Shown one piece after another: positions 14,501 to 23,843 of a stretch of 64,000 bases of DNA. The translations under genes and the position numbers were made by a program. Below the pieces are notes generated by a model. The model was not told where the DNA came from, searched no databases, and saw only the letters and a list, made by a program, of their open reading frames with translations. Position 1 is the first letter of the stretch. Each line of letters opens with the position of its first letter. Origin of the DNA: Tubulanus polymorphus (taxonomy: Eukaryota; Animalia; Nemertea); the NCBI RefSeq assembly GCF_964204645.1, contig NC_134026.1, positions 31,396,250 to 31,460,249 of the forward strand, in the 5' to 3' direction.

Positions 14501-17500
14501 AGACCTAGTTCACAGACTTCTCCTAATATAGGTACGTCCCTTTCCTCTTCTCCTAATATAGGTATGTCCCTTTCCTCTTCTCCTAATATAGGTACGTCCC
14601 TTTCCTCTTCTCCTAATATAGGTACGTCCCTTTCCTCTTCTCCTAATATAGGTACGTCCCTTTCCTCTTCTCCTAATATAGGTACGTCCCTTTCCTCTTC
14701 TCCTAATATAGGTACGTCCCTTTCCTTTACGAGAAAATCTGGAAGTTTATCACTGTGACCCTCTCTCAATCTGACCCCTCTGACTGTGACCTCTCCCTCT
14801 CCCAATCTGACTCCTACCCCTCTCTCAATCTAACCCTCTCTCTCACTATGGCCCCCTCCCCCTCTCAATATGACCCCCCTCTTCCAATCTGACCCCTCTC
14901 AATCTGACTCCTACCCCTCTCCTATTCTGACCCCTCTCAATCTGACCCCTCCCCCTCTCAATTTGACCTCTCTCAATCTGAACATCTCTCTTGCTATGAC
15001 CTCCTCCCCTCGCAATCTAACCCACTCTCAATCTGACTCCTCGCCCAATCTGACCCATCCCTCTCTCAATCTGACCCATCCCTCTCAATCTGTCCCATCC
15101 CTCTCAATCTGACCCATCCCTCTCTCAATCTGACCCATCCCTCTCAATCTGTCCCATCCCTCTCAATCTGACCCATCCCTCTCTCAATCTTACTCCTCCC
15201 ACTCTCAATCTGACCCCTTTCTCACAGTGACCCCCTCTCCCTCTATATATAACATTATATATTAAGAGAGTGATAATATCTCGTAAGCTTTATATCAATT
15301 TGACCTTTTGAATAAAACAACTGATTCTCAACTAGACAGTGAGATATCATTTCAATTTTCGATATTTTCAGGTCCGTCTGCTTCTAGTTCTCAACTATCG
15401 ATCAATCAACAAGCTACCCCTGGTGGCGGCGAGCTATTGAAAAGTCCGTTGAAGTATCAGCAACAGCCGGGTGGAGATACTTTATCAGATTTTGTGACGT
15501 TAGTTTGTCGCGAGGCTCAGATCGCTCAAAACCAAAACAACAGTGAAAACAATGTGAGTAAAATACATTAACATCAGAGGGAGCCACCTGTGTCAATTTT
15601 ACATCCATCCCACTGAATGTCAGCCTCCTTCGTTCAAATATCTGCTGCTGCCTCTGAGTTTGAGTTACACTAAAATGAAGCGTAAAACTTATTACTTTTC
15701 ATCGTTTGATAATTATTTGATTTTTGTAATGTGTCACTCAACTCGGGATCCAGTTCCACGGTTTTGAGTTAGAGTTAACTGTGAACTCAGGATCCAGTTC
15801 CACGGTTTTGAGCTAGAGTTAACTGTGAACTGTGGATCCAGTTCCACAGTTGTGATTTAGAGTTAACTGTGAACTCAAGATCCAGTTCCACAGTAGAAAG
15901 TTAAGGACTCAGGACCCTGTAAAACATTGATGTTGTGCTGTTAGTTTGAGATTATAATTGTAAGTTATTTATTTATTTGTGTTCACAGTCGTCGTTTCTG
16001 CCAGTGAAGAAATATTGGTCGTCCGTAAGTTCAGAAATTTTCTAATGATAATAATTGATTAAGCCTGAAATCTGTATTGTGCTAACACAAACGAGTTAAA
16101 TTAACGTGCTTACGATATTTAAAAAAAAGTAGGCCTACAGGAAATTAATTAGACCTTGTGAAACTAGAAGCAGCTATTGTGTTCTTCAAACTCTGACGGA
16201 TCTCAACTAATTCTTAAACAGATTGAAGATAAGCTGAATAACTTGAAAGAAAATACATTATTTTTAAATGTTAAACGTGAAACAGGACCGAAATCGGTAT
16301 AAGATTAATGATTATTTTGTAGAGTGGTCAGACTTCCGGCCCGTCGACACCGACGTTGAAAAGTCCTACGAAACTACCTCAGTTTTTTATCCCGGGAATG
16401 TTACCGCCTCCACCGCCCCCTCCGTCTGTCGCCCGTCCTGTCGCTGTGTTAAAAACATCTAACGGTGACGTTGTTTTAGGCGGTAATAGTTCTCCTCCTG
16501 TTTCTATATCAACCGCTACATCCAGTAAGTATTCATAAAATAACGAGTTTAATTATTGCATCTCAGGGGGCGCTGCAGTTGCTCAAACATTGGTTACAGT
16601 TAACTAGTGGATAGTTGTTACTATGGTATTTATCCGCCTGTTATTATAAACCAACCTTTTAGCAACTGCAGCCCTAGTAGCTCGTTAATGAATTAATTGA
16701 TAAATAACCTCGTTACAGGTGGAGCATCTGCGGCAAGCGGGGGAGGTCTAGCTACAAATAGTCCGACAAACCGTGGAATTATGTCCAGTCCGTTCTCCTT
16801 ACTTCAAGGTCGTCCGGAGCACGCGTTTCATCATATACATCCGCAACCACCACAGGTATACTCCACCAGGGGGCAGCACACACTATTACACCCACTACGG
16901 GGCAGAAGTATGTCTATTTCATCCAGTAGGGGGCAGCACTATATAGTATTTCTCTTTCTATTCTAGATATTTACATACCCCAGTATTAGCCCTGTGAACG
17001 CTATCAGTGGAGTAATTAACTCCACCAGGGGGCAGCACACACTATTACACCCACTACGGGGCAGTAGTATGTCTATTTCATCCAGTAGGGGGCAGCACTA
17101 TATAGTATTTCTCTTTGTATTCTAGATGTTTACGTACCCCAGTATTAGCCCTGTGAACGCTATCAGCGGAGTAATTAACTCCACCAGGGGGCAGCACACA
17201 CTATTACACCCACTACGGGGCAGTAGTATGTCTATTTCATCCAGTAGAGGGCAGCACTATATAGTATTTCTCTTTGTATTCTAGATGTTTACGTATCCCA
17301 GTATTAGCCCTGTGAACGCTATCAGCGGAGTAATTAACTCCACCAGGGGGCAGCACACACTATTACACCCACTACGGGGCAGTAGTATGTCTATTTCATC
17401 CAGTAGGGGGCAGCACTATATAGTATTTCTCTTTGTATTCTAGATGTTTACGTACCCCAGTATTAGCCCTGTGAACGCTATCAGCGGAGTAATTAACTCC

Positions 17501-18722
17501 ACCAGGGGGCAGCACACACTATTACACCCACTACGGGGCAGTAGTATGTCTATTTCATCCAGTAGAGGGCAGCACTATATAGTATTTCTCTTTGTATTCT
17601 AGATGTTTACATACCCCAGTATTAGCCCTGTGAACGCTATCAGTGGAGTAATTAACTCCACCAGGGGGCAGCGCACACTATTACACCCACTACGGGGCAG
17701 TAGTATTTCATCCAGTAGAGGGCAGCACTATATAGTATTTCTCTTTGTATTCTAGATGTTTACGTACCCCAGTATTAGCCCTGTGAACGCTATCAGTGGA
17801 GTAATTAGTCCAACAACTATCACACTACTAGCATCTCCAGTGGCTACACCTCGGAGCACTCCCAGATCAACTCCTATTCCGCGATGGACGACTCCACTAG
17901 TACTCGACGACGGAAGTTTAGATTATAACATGATGGCGAGTTTAATACCGACTCAGATGTTGGGCGATGATCACGAAGCTTTATCTGAAGGTCGAATGCT
18001 CGGGACGTTCTTAGGTAAAGTATAAATAAATAATAAGATAAAAACCCACTATTTACAGATAAAAAGAATTTAAAAACAAGAATTTATTTATTCAATTTAA
18101 AATATATATGAGACACGACGTTTCGATCTCACCCTAGAGATCATCGTCAGGTGTCTTTTATATATTTTAGATTGAATGAATAAATTCTTTCTATCTGTAA
18201 ATAGTGGGTTTTTATCTTATTATCCGTTCATTGCACGTTTGAGTGCGGTTATCATTCTATAAATAAATGAATTGATGCTGTGAATGCAGTCATACTCTCA
18301 TTGAATTGTTATATAGACAATTAGGACTCAATTAGAAAGACGAATTCAGTTATGTAACTGTTCTAACGCAACTGTGCAACTGGATCCATGTGACTGTCAC
18401 ATGGACCCAGTTGCACAATTGCGAGTTACAGTTAACTCTCAGTGGAATTCTAACTCACAACTGTGGAACTGAGTTTGTATTTCTAATAATGAGGTATTGA
18501 ACGCCATCTAGTGTGTGAGAGCGGTACCGCAGTAATTGAGGTGATGTGATTTGTTTTTATTTTTCAGAGAGATTTTTAAACCCGATGGGAAATCAGGATT
18601 CAGTTGATACCGGAGGAGGAGGAGGTCATCATCACTTCTCGATATCAACATCGAGACCTTTATCACAAAACCTGACGACTTCTACAAATACAGACTCATC
18701 ACCCGAACATAAACCATCTTGA
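2626..18722 (+). CDS. NFI: Nuclear factor I (CTF/NFI) transcription factor, ~741 aa in the basic model
   Basis: Exons 2626-2634 (MTM), 6337-6492, 9086-9461, 10178-10234, 11845-11916, 13510-13863, 14301-14531, 15372-15553, 15989-16024, 16323-16524, 16719-16855, 17756-18014 and 18568-18722 have consistent phases (2226 nt). Diagnostic motifs: [131 protein letters not shown]. The first exon and C-terminal exons are less certain than the DNA-binding domain exons. Confidence 0.95.
2884..3564. repeat. 26-bp minisatellite (CACAGCTAGGTGGATAGATGATTCTC)n, ~26 copies
   Basis: Near-perfect tandem array in NFI intron 1. Confidence 0.95.
4178..4900. repeat. 26-bp minisatellite (CATGGTACCACTAGAGATATGGTATT)n
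   Basis: Tandem array with variant units and an internal TGGTACCA palindrome. Confidence 0.95.
5360..5443 (+). CDS. NFI: Candidate alternative first coding exon of NFI ([28 protein letters not shown])
   Basis: Open 84-nt frame ending at a phase-0 GTTCGT donor that matches the exon at 6337. TATA-like TATATAAA at ~5319 and ~5349. Confidence 0.5.
5965..6245. repeat. 30-bp minisatellite (TCTAGTCTAGTCTCTGGTGCTAGTTGGTCA)n
   Basis: Tandem array just upstream of the NFI exon at 6337. Confidence 0.9.
6548..6923. repeat. 29-32-bp minisatellite (TGAATCCAGTGGGTTCTATCATTACTCTCCTC)n
   Basis: Tandem array in an NFI intron. Confidence 0.9.
8042..9033. repeat. 51-bp minisatellite, ~19 copies (source of the spurious 331-aa ORF)
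   Basis: Unit CTGTGTTTACCCCTCAGTGCAACGTATGATTAACCCACCTCAACCTCCACA, lying inside the intron that splits the NFI DNA-binding domain. Confidence 0.92.
9555..10151. repeat. 47-bp minisatellite derived from a dispersed MITE terminus
   Basis: Unit TCATAACTGTGGAACTGAGTCCTGAGTTCAGAGTTGTTAACTCATAC. The same ACTGTGGAACTG core occurs at ~15750-15900 (reverse), ~18460 and ~61900-62110. Confidence 0.85.
10277..10615. repeat. 44-51-bp GC-rich minisatellite
   Basis: About 7 copies of CCTCGGGGTCAGATTGGGGATCTCGAGGTCTGGATAGA. Confidence 0.9.
10756..11576. repeat. Simple repeats: (GAAT)n 10756-10834, CT-rich 10920-11135, (CTG)n 11520-11576
   Basis: Visible directly in the sequence. Confidence 0.9.
11950..13496. 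repeat. ~28-bp minisatellite (TCTGTGATCACGATGGTTTAACATCCTG)n, ~1.5 kb
   Basis: Fills nearly the whole intron between NFI exons 11845-11916 and 13510. It ends ~13 nt before the acceptor. Confidence 0.95.
13912..14140. mobile_element. MITE-like element (possibly composite) with GGGGCCA termini
   Basis: CTGGGGCCA at 13941 pairs with TGGCCCCAG at ~14132-14140. Internal hairpin GGGGCTAACTC...GAGTTAGCCCC. Confidence 0.5.
14517..14727 (+). repeat. 30-bp tandem repeat containing the NFI splice donor, 7 copies
   Basis: Unit CTTCTCCTAATATAG|GTACGTCCCTTTCCT. Confidence 0.92.
14757..15240. repeat. Degenerate CT-rich repeat (CTCTCAATCTGACCC)n
   Basis: Intronic low-complexity array. Confidence 0.85.
16860..17806 (+). 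repeat. 159-bp tandem repeat (6 units) of an NFI intron plus exon 5' part
   Basis: Acceptors TTCTAG end at 16966, 17125, 17284, 17443, 17602 and 17755. The last unit is 153 bp. Confidence 0.95.
18032..18257. mobile_element. Fold-back non-autonomous element carrying a hammerhead ribozyme (Penelope/retrozyme-like)
   Basis: Inverted arms ~18030-18111 and 18156-18223. TATAAATAAAT is duplicated at 18021-18031 and 18258-18268 (putative TSD). Confidence 0.7.
18112..18155 (-). ncRNA. Minimal type I hammerhead ribozyme
   Basis: Minus strand reads GACAC-CUGACGA-U-GAUCUC-UAGGGU-GAGAUC-GAAAC-GUC/GUGUC. This gives stem I, the CUGANGA core, stem II, GAAA, a palindromic ACGU stem III and a GUC cleavage triplet. 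Confidence 0.8.
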
Positions 18723-19092
18723 GTAGTATCAGCGCCGCCTAGTGGTCAGTGTGTGAGGTAACTGTGATTTATCGAGCGCCAGTCAGTTCTCCATTATCAC
18801 CGTTGTCTTTCCTTTTCGAGCGATTTTGTAAATAAACGTTGAGGTATATCGTTATTACTACAATCATCACCATGGTTACACACAGCGGTGGATCGCGTGT
18901 ATATTGTAGATGATTGTTTGAATATAGATGGAGTTAGTGTCCGATCTAGCGAGACCGGAGTGAAATTGTTTTAATTGTTAGGTTGTTAGCGAGGAGAGCG
19001 AGAGAGTCGGGTCCCTTTGACTCTAGATTTTTATTACCGATTTATTGAAAACTATGCAAAAAGAATTCTGCTGTTTCATACTGGGTCCACGT

Positions 19093-19622
19093 ACATACAC
19101 ATACACATTGACATACATATACACAAAGACATACACATTGACATACACAGACATACACACCTAGACATACATATTGACATACACACCTGGACATACATAT
19201 TGACATACACACCTAGACATACATATTGACATACACACCTAGACATACACATTGACATACACACCTAGACATACATATTGACATACACACCTAGACATAC
19301 ATATTGACATACACACCTAGACATACACATTGACATACACACCTAGACATACATATTGACATACACACCTAGACATACATATTGACATACACCTAGACAA
19401 ACACATTGACATACATATACACAAAGACATACACATTGACATACACAGACATACACACCTAGACATACATATTGACATACACACCTAGACATACATATTG
19501 ACATACACACCTAGACATACATATTGACATACACACCTAGACATACATATTGACATACACACCTAGACATACATATTGACATACACACCTAGACATACAT
19601 ATTGACATACACACTTAGACAA
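19093..19622. repeat. 26-bp AC-rich minisatellite (GACATACACACCTAGACATACATATT)n
   Basis: Tandem array downstream of the NFI stop codon, in the probable 3' UTR. Confidence 0.9.
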
Positions 19623-20474
19623 ATGTACACAAACTTCAGAAAGAGATGCATAGATTCATGAAATAGCCACTGGCAAGTGAGTGAGCGATGTGATGTAATA
19701 TATGTAGTTGTTGTTGCTAGGATTAAGAGACTGTGATATGTATATGATGTATTTGTACAACGGTTTAATGTAATTAACATATTTTTGAATTGTATTTATT
19801 TCGATGGAATAATTCTATACATTCAGTTTATTGAGGAGGTATAGAGAGAGGTAGAGGAGGGAGAGGAGGTAGAGGAGGGAGGTCTGATGGAGGTTTGGGT
19901 CGAATCATCCCATGGTTTTTCGGAATAAGATAGAAAGCCATAATGAGGCAAATAAGAAGGGTAATGTTAGATGATAAAGAGTGGTATAGGGAGGTTTAAT
20001 AGAGAGGTATAAGAAGTTAAGAGATGGTTACATTGATTTCTATAAACCCTGTATATACGTGTAATGCTATAGTTTTCAATACTCTTGCATTTTGTGTAAA
20101 AACTAGTTTTTTATACAGAAAATATCTCGATAACTGGATATTTATCTCGATAACTGGATATTTTTGTATAATAATGATGATATCAAACGTCGCTGCAAAT
20201 AGAGGGAGCTGTCTGAATTGTTCGGCTTGCGTATTCCTGGAGAATGAAATAACGATTATAAATTTGTTGTTAATTCGTGTATATTTGTTAATACTTGCAT
20301 TTTAGTTAAGAATGAAACGATGTATCCTTATATGGTAGATTGTAATATCATTTATTATATAATTATTATTATAATGATTATTATTATTATTATTATTATT
20401 AAACTATAATGATTTGTGACTCCCCACTGTTTACAGATATTTTACTACCTTTTATACTGAATTTGTTAGATTAT

Positions 20475-21177
20475 CTGGTGTACCCCAGGGATGACTAGTA
20501 AACCCTGCTCTGGTGTACCCCAGGGATGACTAGTAAACCCTGCTCTGGTGTACCCCAGGGATGACTAGTAAACCCTGCTCTGGTGTATCACAGGGATGAC
20601 TAGTAAACCCTGCTCTGGTGTACCCCAGGGATGACTAGTAAGCCCTGCTCTGGTGTATCACAGGGATGACTAGTAAACCCTGCTCTGGTGTATCACAGGG
20701 ATGACTAGTAAACCCTGCTCTGGTGTATCACAGGGATGACTAGTAAACCCTGCTCTGGTGTATCACAGGGATGACTAGTAAACCCTGCTCCGGTGTACCC
20801 CAGGGATGACTAGTAAACCCTGCTCTGGTGTATCACAGGGATGACTAGTAAACCCTGCTCTGGTGTACCCCAGGGATGACTAGTAAACCCTGCTCTGGTG
20901 TATCACAGGGATGACTAGTAAACCCTGCTCCGGTGTACCCCAGGGATGACTAGTAAACCCTGCTCTGGTGTATCACAGGGATGACTAGTAAACCCTGCTC
21001 TGGTGTACCCCAGGGATGACTAGTAAGCCCTGCTTTGGTGTATCACAGGGATGACTAGTAAACCCTGCTCTGGTGTATCACAGGGATGACTAGTAAACCC
21101 TGCTCTGGTGTATCACAGGGATGACTAGTAAGCCCTGCTCTGGTGTATCACAGGGATGACTAGTAAACCCTGCTCTA
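20475..21177. repeat. 35-bp minisatellite, ~20 copies
   Basis: Unit CTGGTGTATCACAGGGATGACTAGTAAACCCTGCT. Confidence 0.95.
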
Positions 21178-21879
21178 TTAGCAGCAGTCCACCTATATAT
21201 AAGTACATGTAAATATGCTGTTTAATCACCAAAACAATTTCAATGGTCGTAAATAATCTATAATAATTAGGGATTACTGTACAACCCTTTTAGATCAGCT
21301 CCTGAGTTGTTCTCTCATATGGGAGCTCAGTAATGTATGCCTTGAGCTCAATTCTGTAGTATGGCTCCTGAGCTCAGCTATGGATGCCCGGAGCTCAGCG
21401 ATTGACTTGTACATATGTCGTCTGCTCGACTATGGATGCCCGGAGCTCAGTGATAGACGCCCCGAGCTCGTAAGTTTATTCCCTGATGATAGAGAGTGAA
21501 GAACTGATAGCATCCTATCCTCGCTCTCCTCTCATAATGACTAACTGGTCAGAAAGAGAGAGACTGAGAGACTGAATACACCCCCCCCACCCCACCCCAG
21601 GTATTAGATTAACACCTATAATGAATGATTGAGTGTTTTCTTTATTCTGTATATTGCTATGTTATAATGATTGAATTAGTTGCTATAGTTATAATGTGTA
21701 AAACCGATCAGTTGGTTGTTATGGTAATATGTAAATGATTTTGTCGTCGCTATGACGATGTAACACGATTGGGTGGTGCTTGTTGAATAATGTAAAACAC
21801 AGAAATGATACTTTTAATAATCGGTTAAAATAAAACGAAATAGTTTCTCAAAATTCATCTGTTTGTTGTTTGGTAGACA

Positions 21880-22340
21880 GTGTCCCGGGTTCGAACCTAG
21901 TAGATACTGATGCTGCATGGTCCTGATGCTGAATAGAGGATGTACAGGGGTGTCCCGGGTTCGAACCTAGTAGATACTGATGCTGCATGGTCCTGATGCT
22001 GAATAGAGGATGTACAGGGGTGTCCCGGGTTCGAACCTAGTAGATACTGATGCAGCATGGTCCTGATGCTGAATAGAGGATGTACAGGGGTGTCCCGAGT
22101 TCGAACCTAGTAGATACTGATGCTGAATAGAGGATGTACAGGGGTGTCCCGGTTTCGAACCTAGTAGATACTGATGCTGCATGGTCCTGATGCTGAAAAG
22201 AGAATGTACAGGGGTGTCCCCGGTTCGAACCCGATAATTACTGACACTGATTCAGAGTGTCCTGCTGAATAGAGGATGTACAGGGGTGTCCCGGGTTCAA
22301 ACCCAGTAATTTACTGATACTGATCCAGAGTATGCACTGA
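21880..22340. repeat. ~70-bp satellite containing a Pol III B-box-like GGTTCGAACC
   Basis: Unit TGTCCCGGGTTCGAACCTAGTAGATACTGATGCTGCATGGTCCTGATGCTGAATAGAGGATGTACAGGGG. The same family recurs at ~51100-53510. Confidence 0.85.
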
Positions 22341-22667
22341 ATAAGAATTGAATAGAATCGTAATTAAGAGAGCGATCACAGGGTTCACTCACTCACTCAC
22401 CGATCACAATTTGGGACTGCTGTTATTGACGTTTCAAATTATACCCTCTGAAATTACATCCATCATCTGCAACAGTAAGGCCAAAATTCCTGTTTTAAAC
22501 ATGGGTCAGTGGTGCTGTAATCTTTTTTCCTAAATTCATGATCCATTAAATTATTTCATCTTCAAATCAATATCACCGAGTAGGCCACCCCTCATCACAA
22601 TCTGAAATGTAAAAAAAAGAAAAAGAGTTGGGGCAAATTACCAAGTCCCGTGAAATAAAAAAGCGAA

Positions 22668-22742
22668 GTTCGAACCGGCAGGACTCGAAACTGCGGTCTC
22701 CGGGTTACCAGGCGGGAATACTAACCACTAGACCATAGATCT
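22668..22742 (-). pseudogene. tRNA-derived (Asp/Glu-like) pseudogene or SINE head
   Basis: Minus strand TGGTCTAGTGGTTAGTATTCCCGCC...GGAGACCGCAGTTTCGAGTCCTGCC has A- and B-box-like motifs. The anticodon stem does not pair. Confidence 0.6.
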
Positions 22743-22997
22743 GTGGTAATCACTCGGGTGTGTAAGTTTGTCTCGTATGTCATTTCGTATGTGTTCAGTT
22801 TGCTTAAAATCGATTTTCAGAATGTATCTTAAACAGTTTGTCAAACGGATTAAGTTAAACAGATAACTGGGGTAAACTGAGGACACATCAGTGTGAATAT
22901 TAATTGAATTTGCGTGGATTTGAACCAAATGGAATTTTTGTGGCGTTGATCAGGTTCGAATCCCATCAGAAAATTATTTTCTAGACTTGGCGGTAAT

Positions 22998-23099
22998 ATT
23001 GGTACTTTTCATTGGTCAGGATCAGTGACGTCACACTGTCAGTATAAAAACTCAGGTCAGCTGATCCCTCCTTCCAGTTCGGCCATTTTTCAGGTAAGC
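22998..23099 (+). promoter_or_regulatory. Compact Pol II core promoter with a tiny first exon
   Basis: Two ATTGG boxes (22998, 23011), palindromic CRE GTGACGTCAC (23025-23034), TATAAAA (23043), Inr-like CCAGTT (A at 23076), YY1-like GCCATTTT (23082) and donor CAG|GTAAG after 23093. Confidence 0.65.
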
Positions 23100-23843
23100 A
23101 AACGTCGTCCATTTTATTTAATTCTTTCGATAAAATTTATTTATCAATCTTACTTGTAAATTTTATACATATAGACCTTAGGTTTCGCATACGGCTTTAT
23201 GTAAGACAATTTCAAGAGTTCCGAAAGTTCGGATTATATCATATAGGTGTTTAATTATGACATTTCCATTTTGACGTTCCTTTTGGCTTTGCTCTAAATT
23301 GTCCAAATGGTGTTTTTAACATTTAGAAGTAAATTTCAACGTTTGATTTGCAATTTCGCTCTCGTAATAATGAAGACGTTATTGTGATTTTATTGAGGAA
23401 ATTTATTAAACTTATTTATGAAATTTTCGGAAGCAGTTTTTCTGGTGTTCAAATCTAGCGCTAAAGCGGCTAGTTGACATGCCTAGGTGTAATACACAGA
23501 CAGCTCAGTCTATTGAACCATGACTCGAATCCATAGAAACCTTTCATTCGAAGCGTCGTTCAACTTAATCCTGCTGGCTTCTATATCTATTATTAAGAAA
23601 ATAATGATAAAATAATTTAATGTTAATTATTATTATTACTTAATAGAAACTCGATTTAGCTATTTCTTAGAGTCAATAATTTTCGATTTTCTTGATTTTT
23701 ATAAGATTGTTTTTACATTGCAGTAGCAGCAGCAGCATCAACAGCAGCAGTTAAAAAAGCAACAGTTAAGCAACAGCAGCAGTACAACGACAACTACAAC
23801 AATTACAACTTCAACAATTAAAACTTGAACTTCAACTTTGAAT

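Noticed and set aside
14344-14805. 153-aa minus-strand ORF
   Set aside because: It is the antisense shadow of an NFI exon plus the 30-bp repeat.
22668-22742. Functional tRNA gene
   Set aside because: The anticodon and acceptor stems do not pair, so it is treated as a tRNA-derived relic.
23076-23130. Spliced-leader RNA gene (short exon plus GTAAG)
   Set aside because: It is single-copy here, has a TATA/CRE promoter and no convincing Sm-site hairpin layout. A cis acceptor at 23723 explains the donor.
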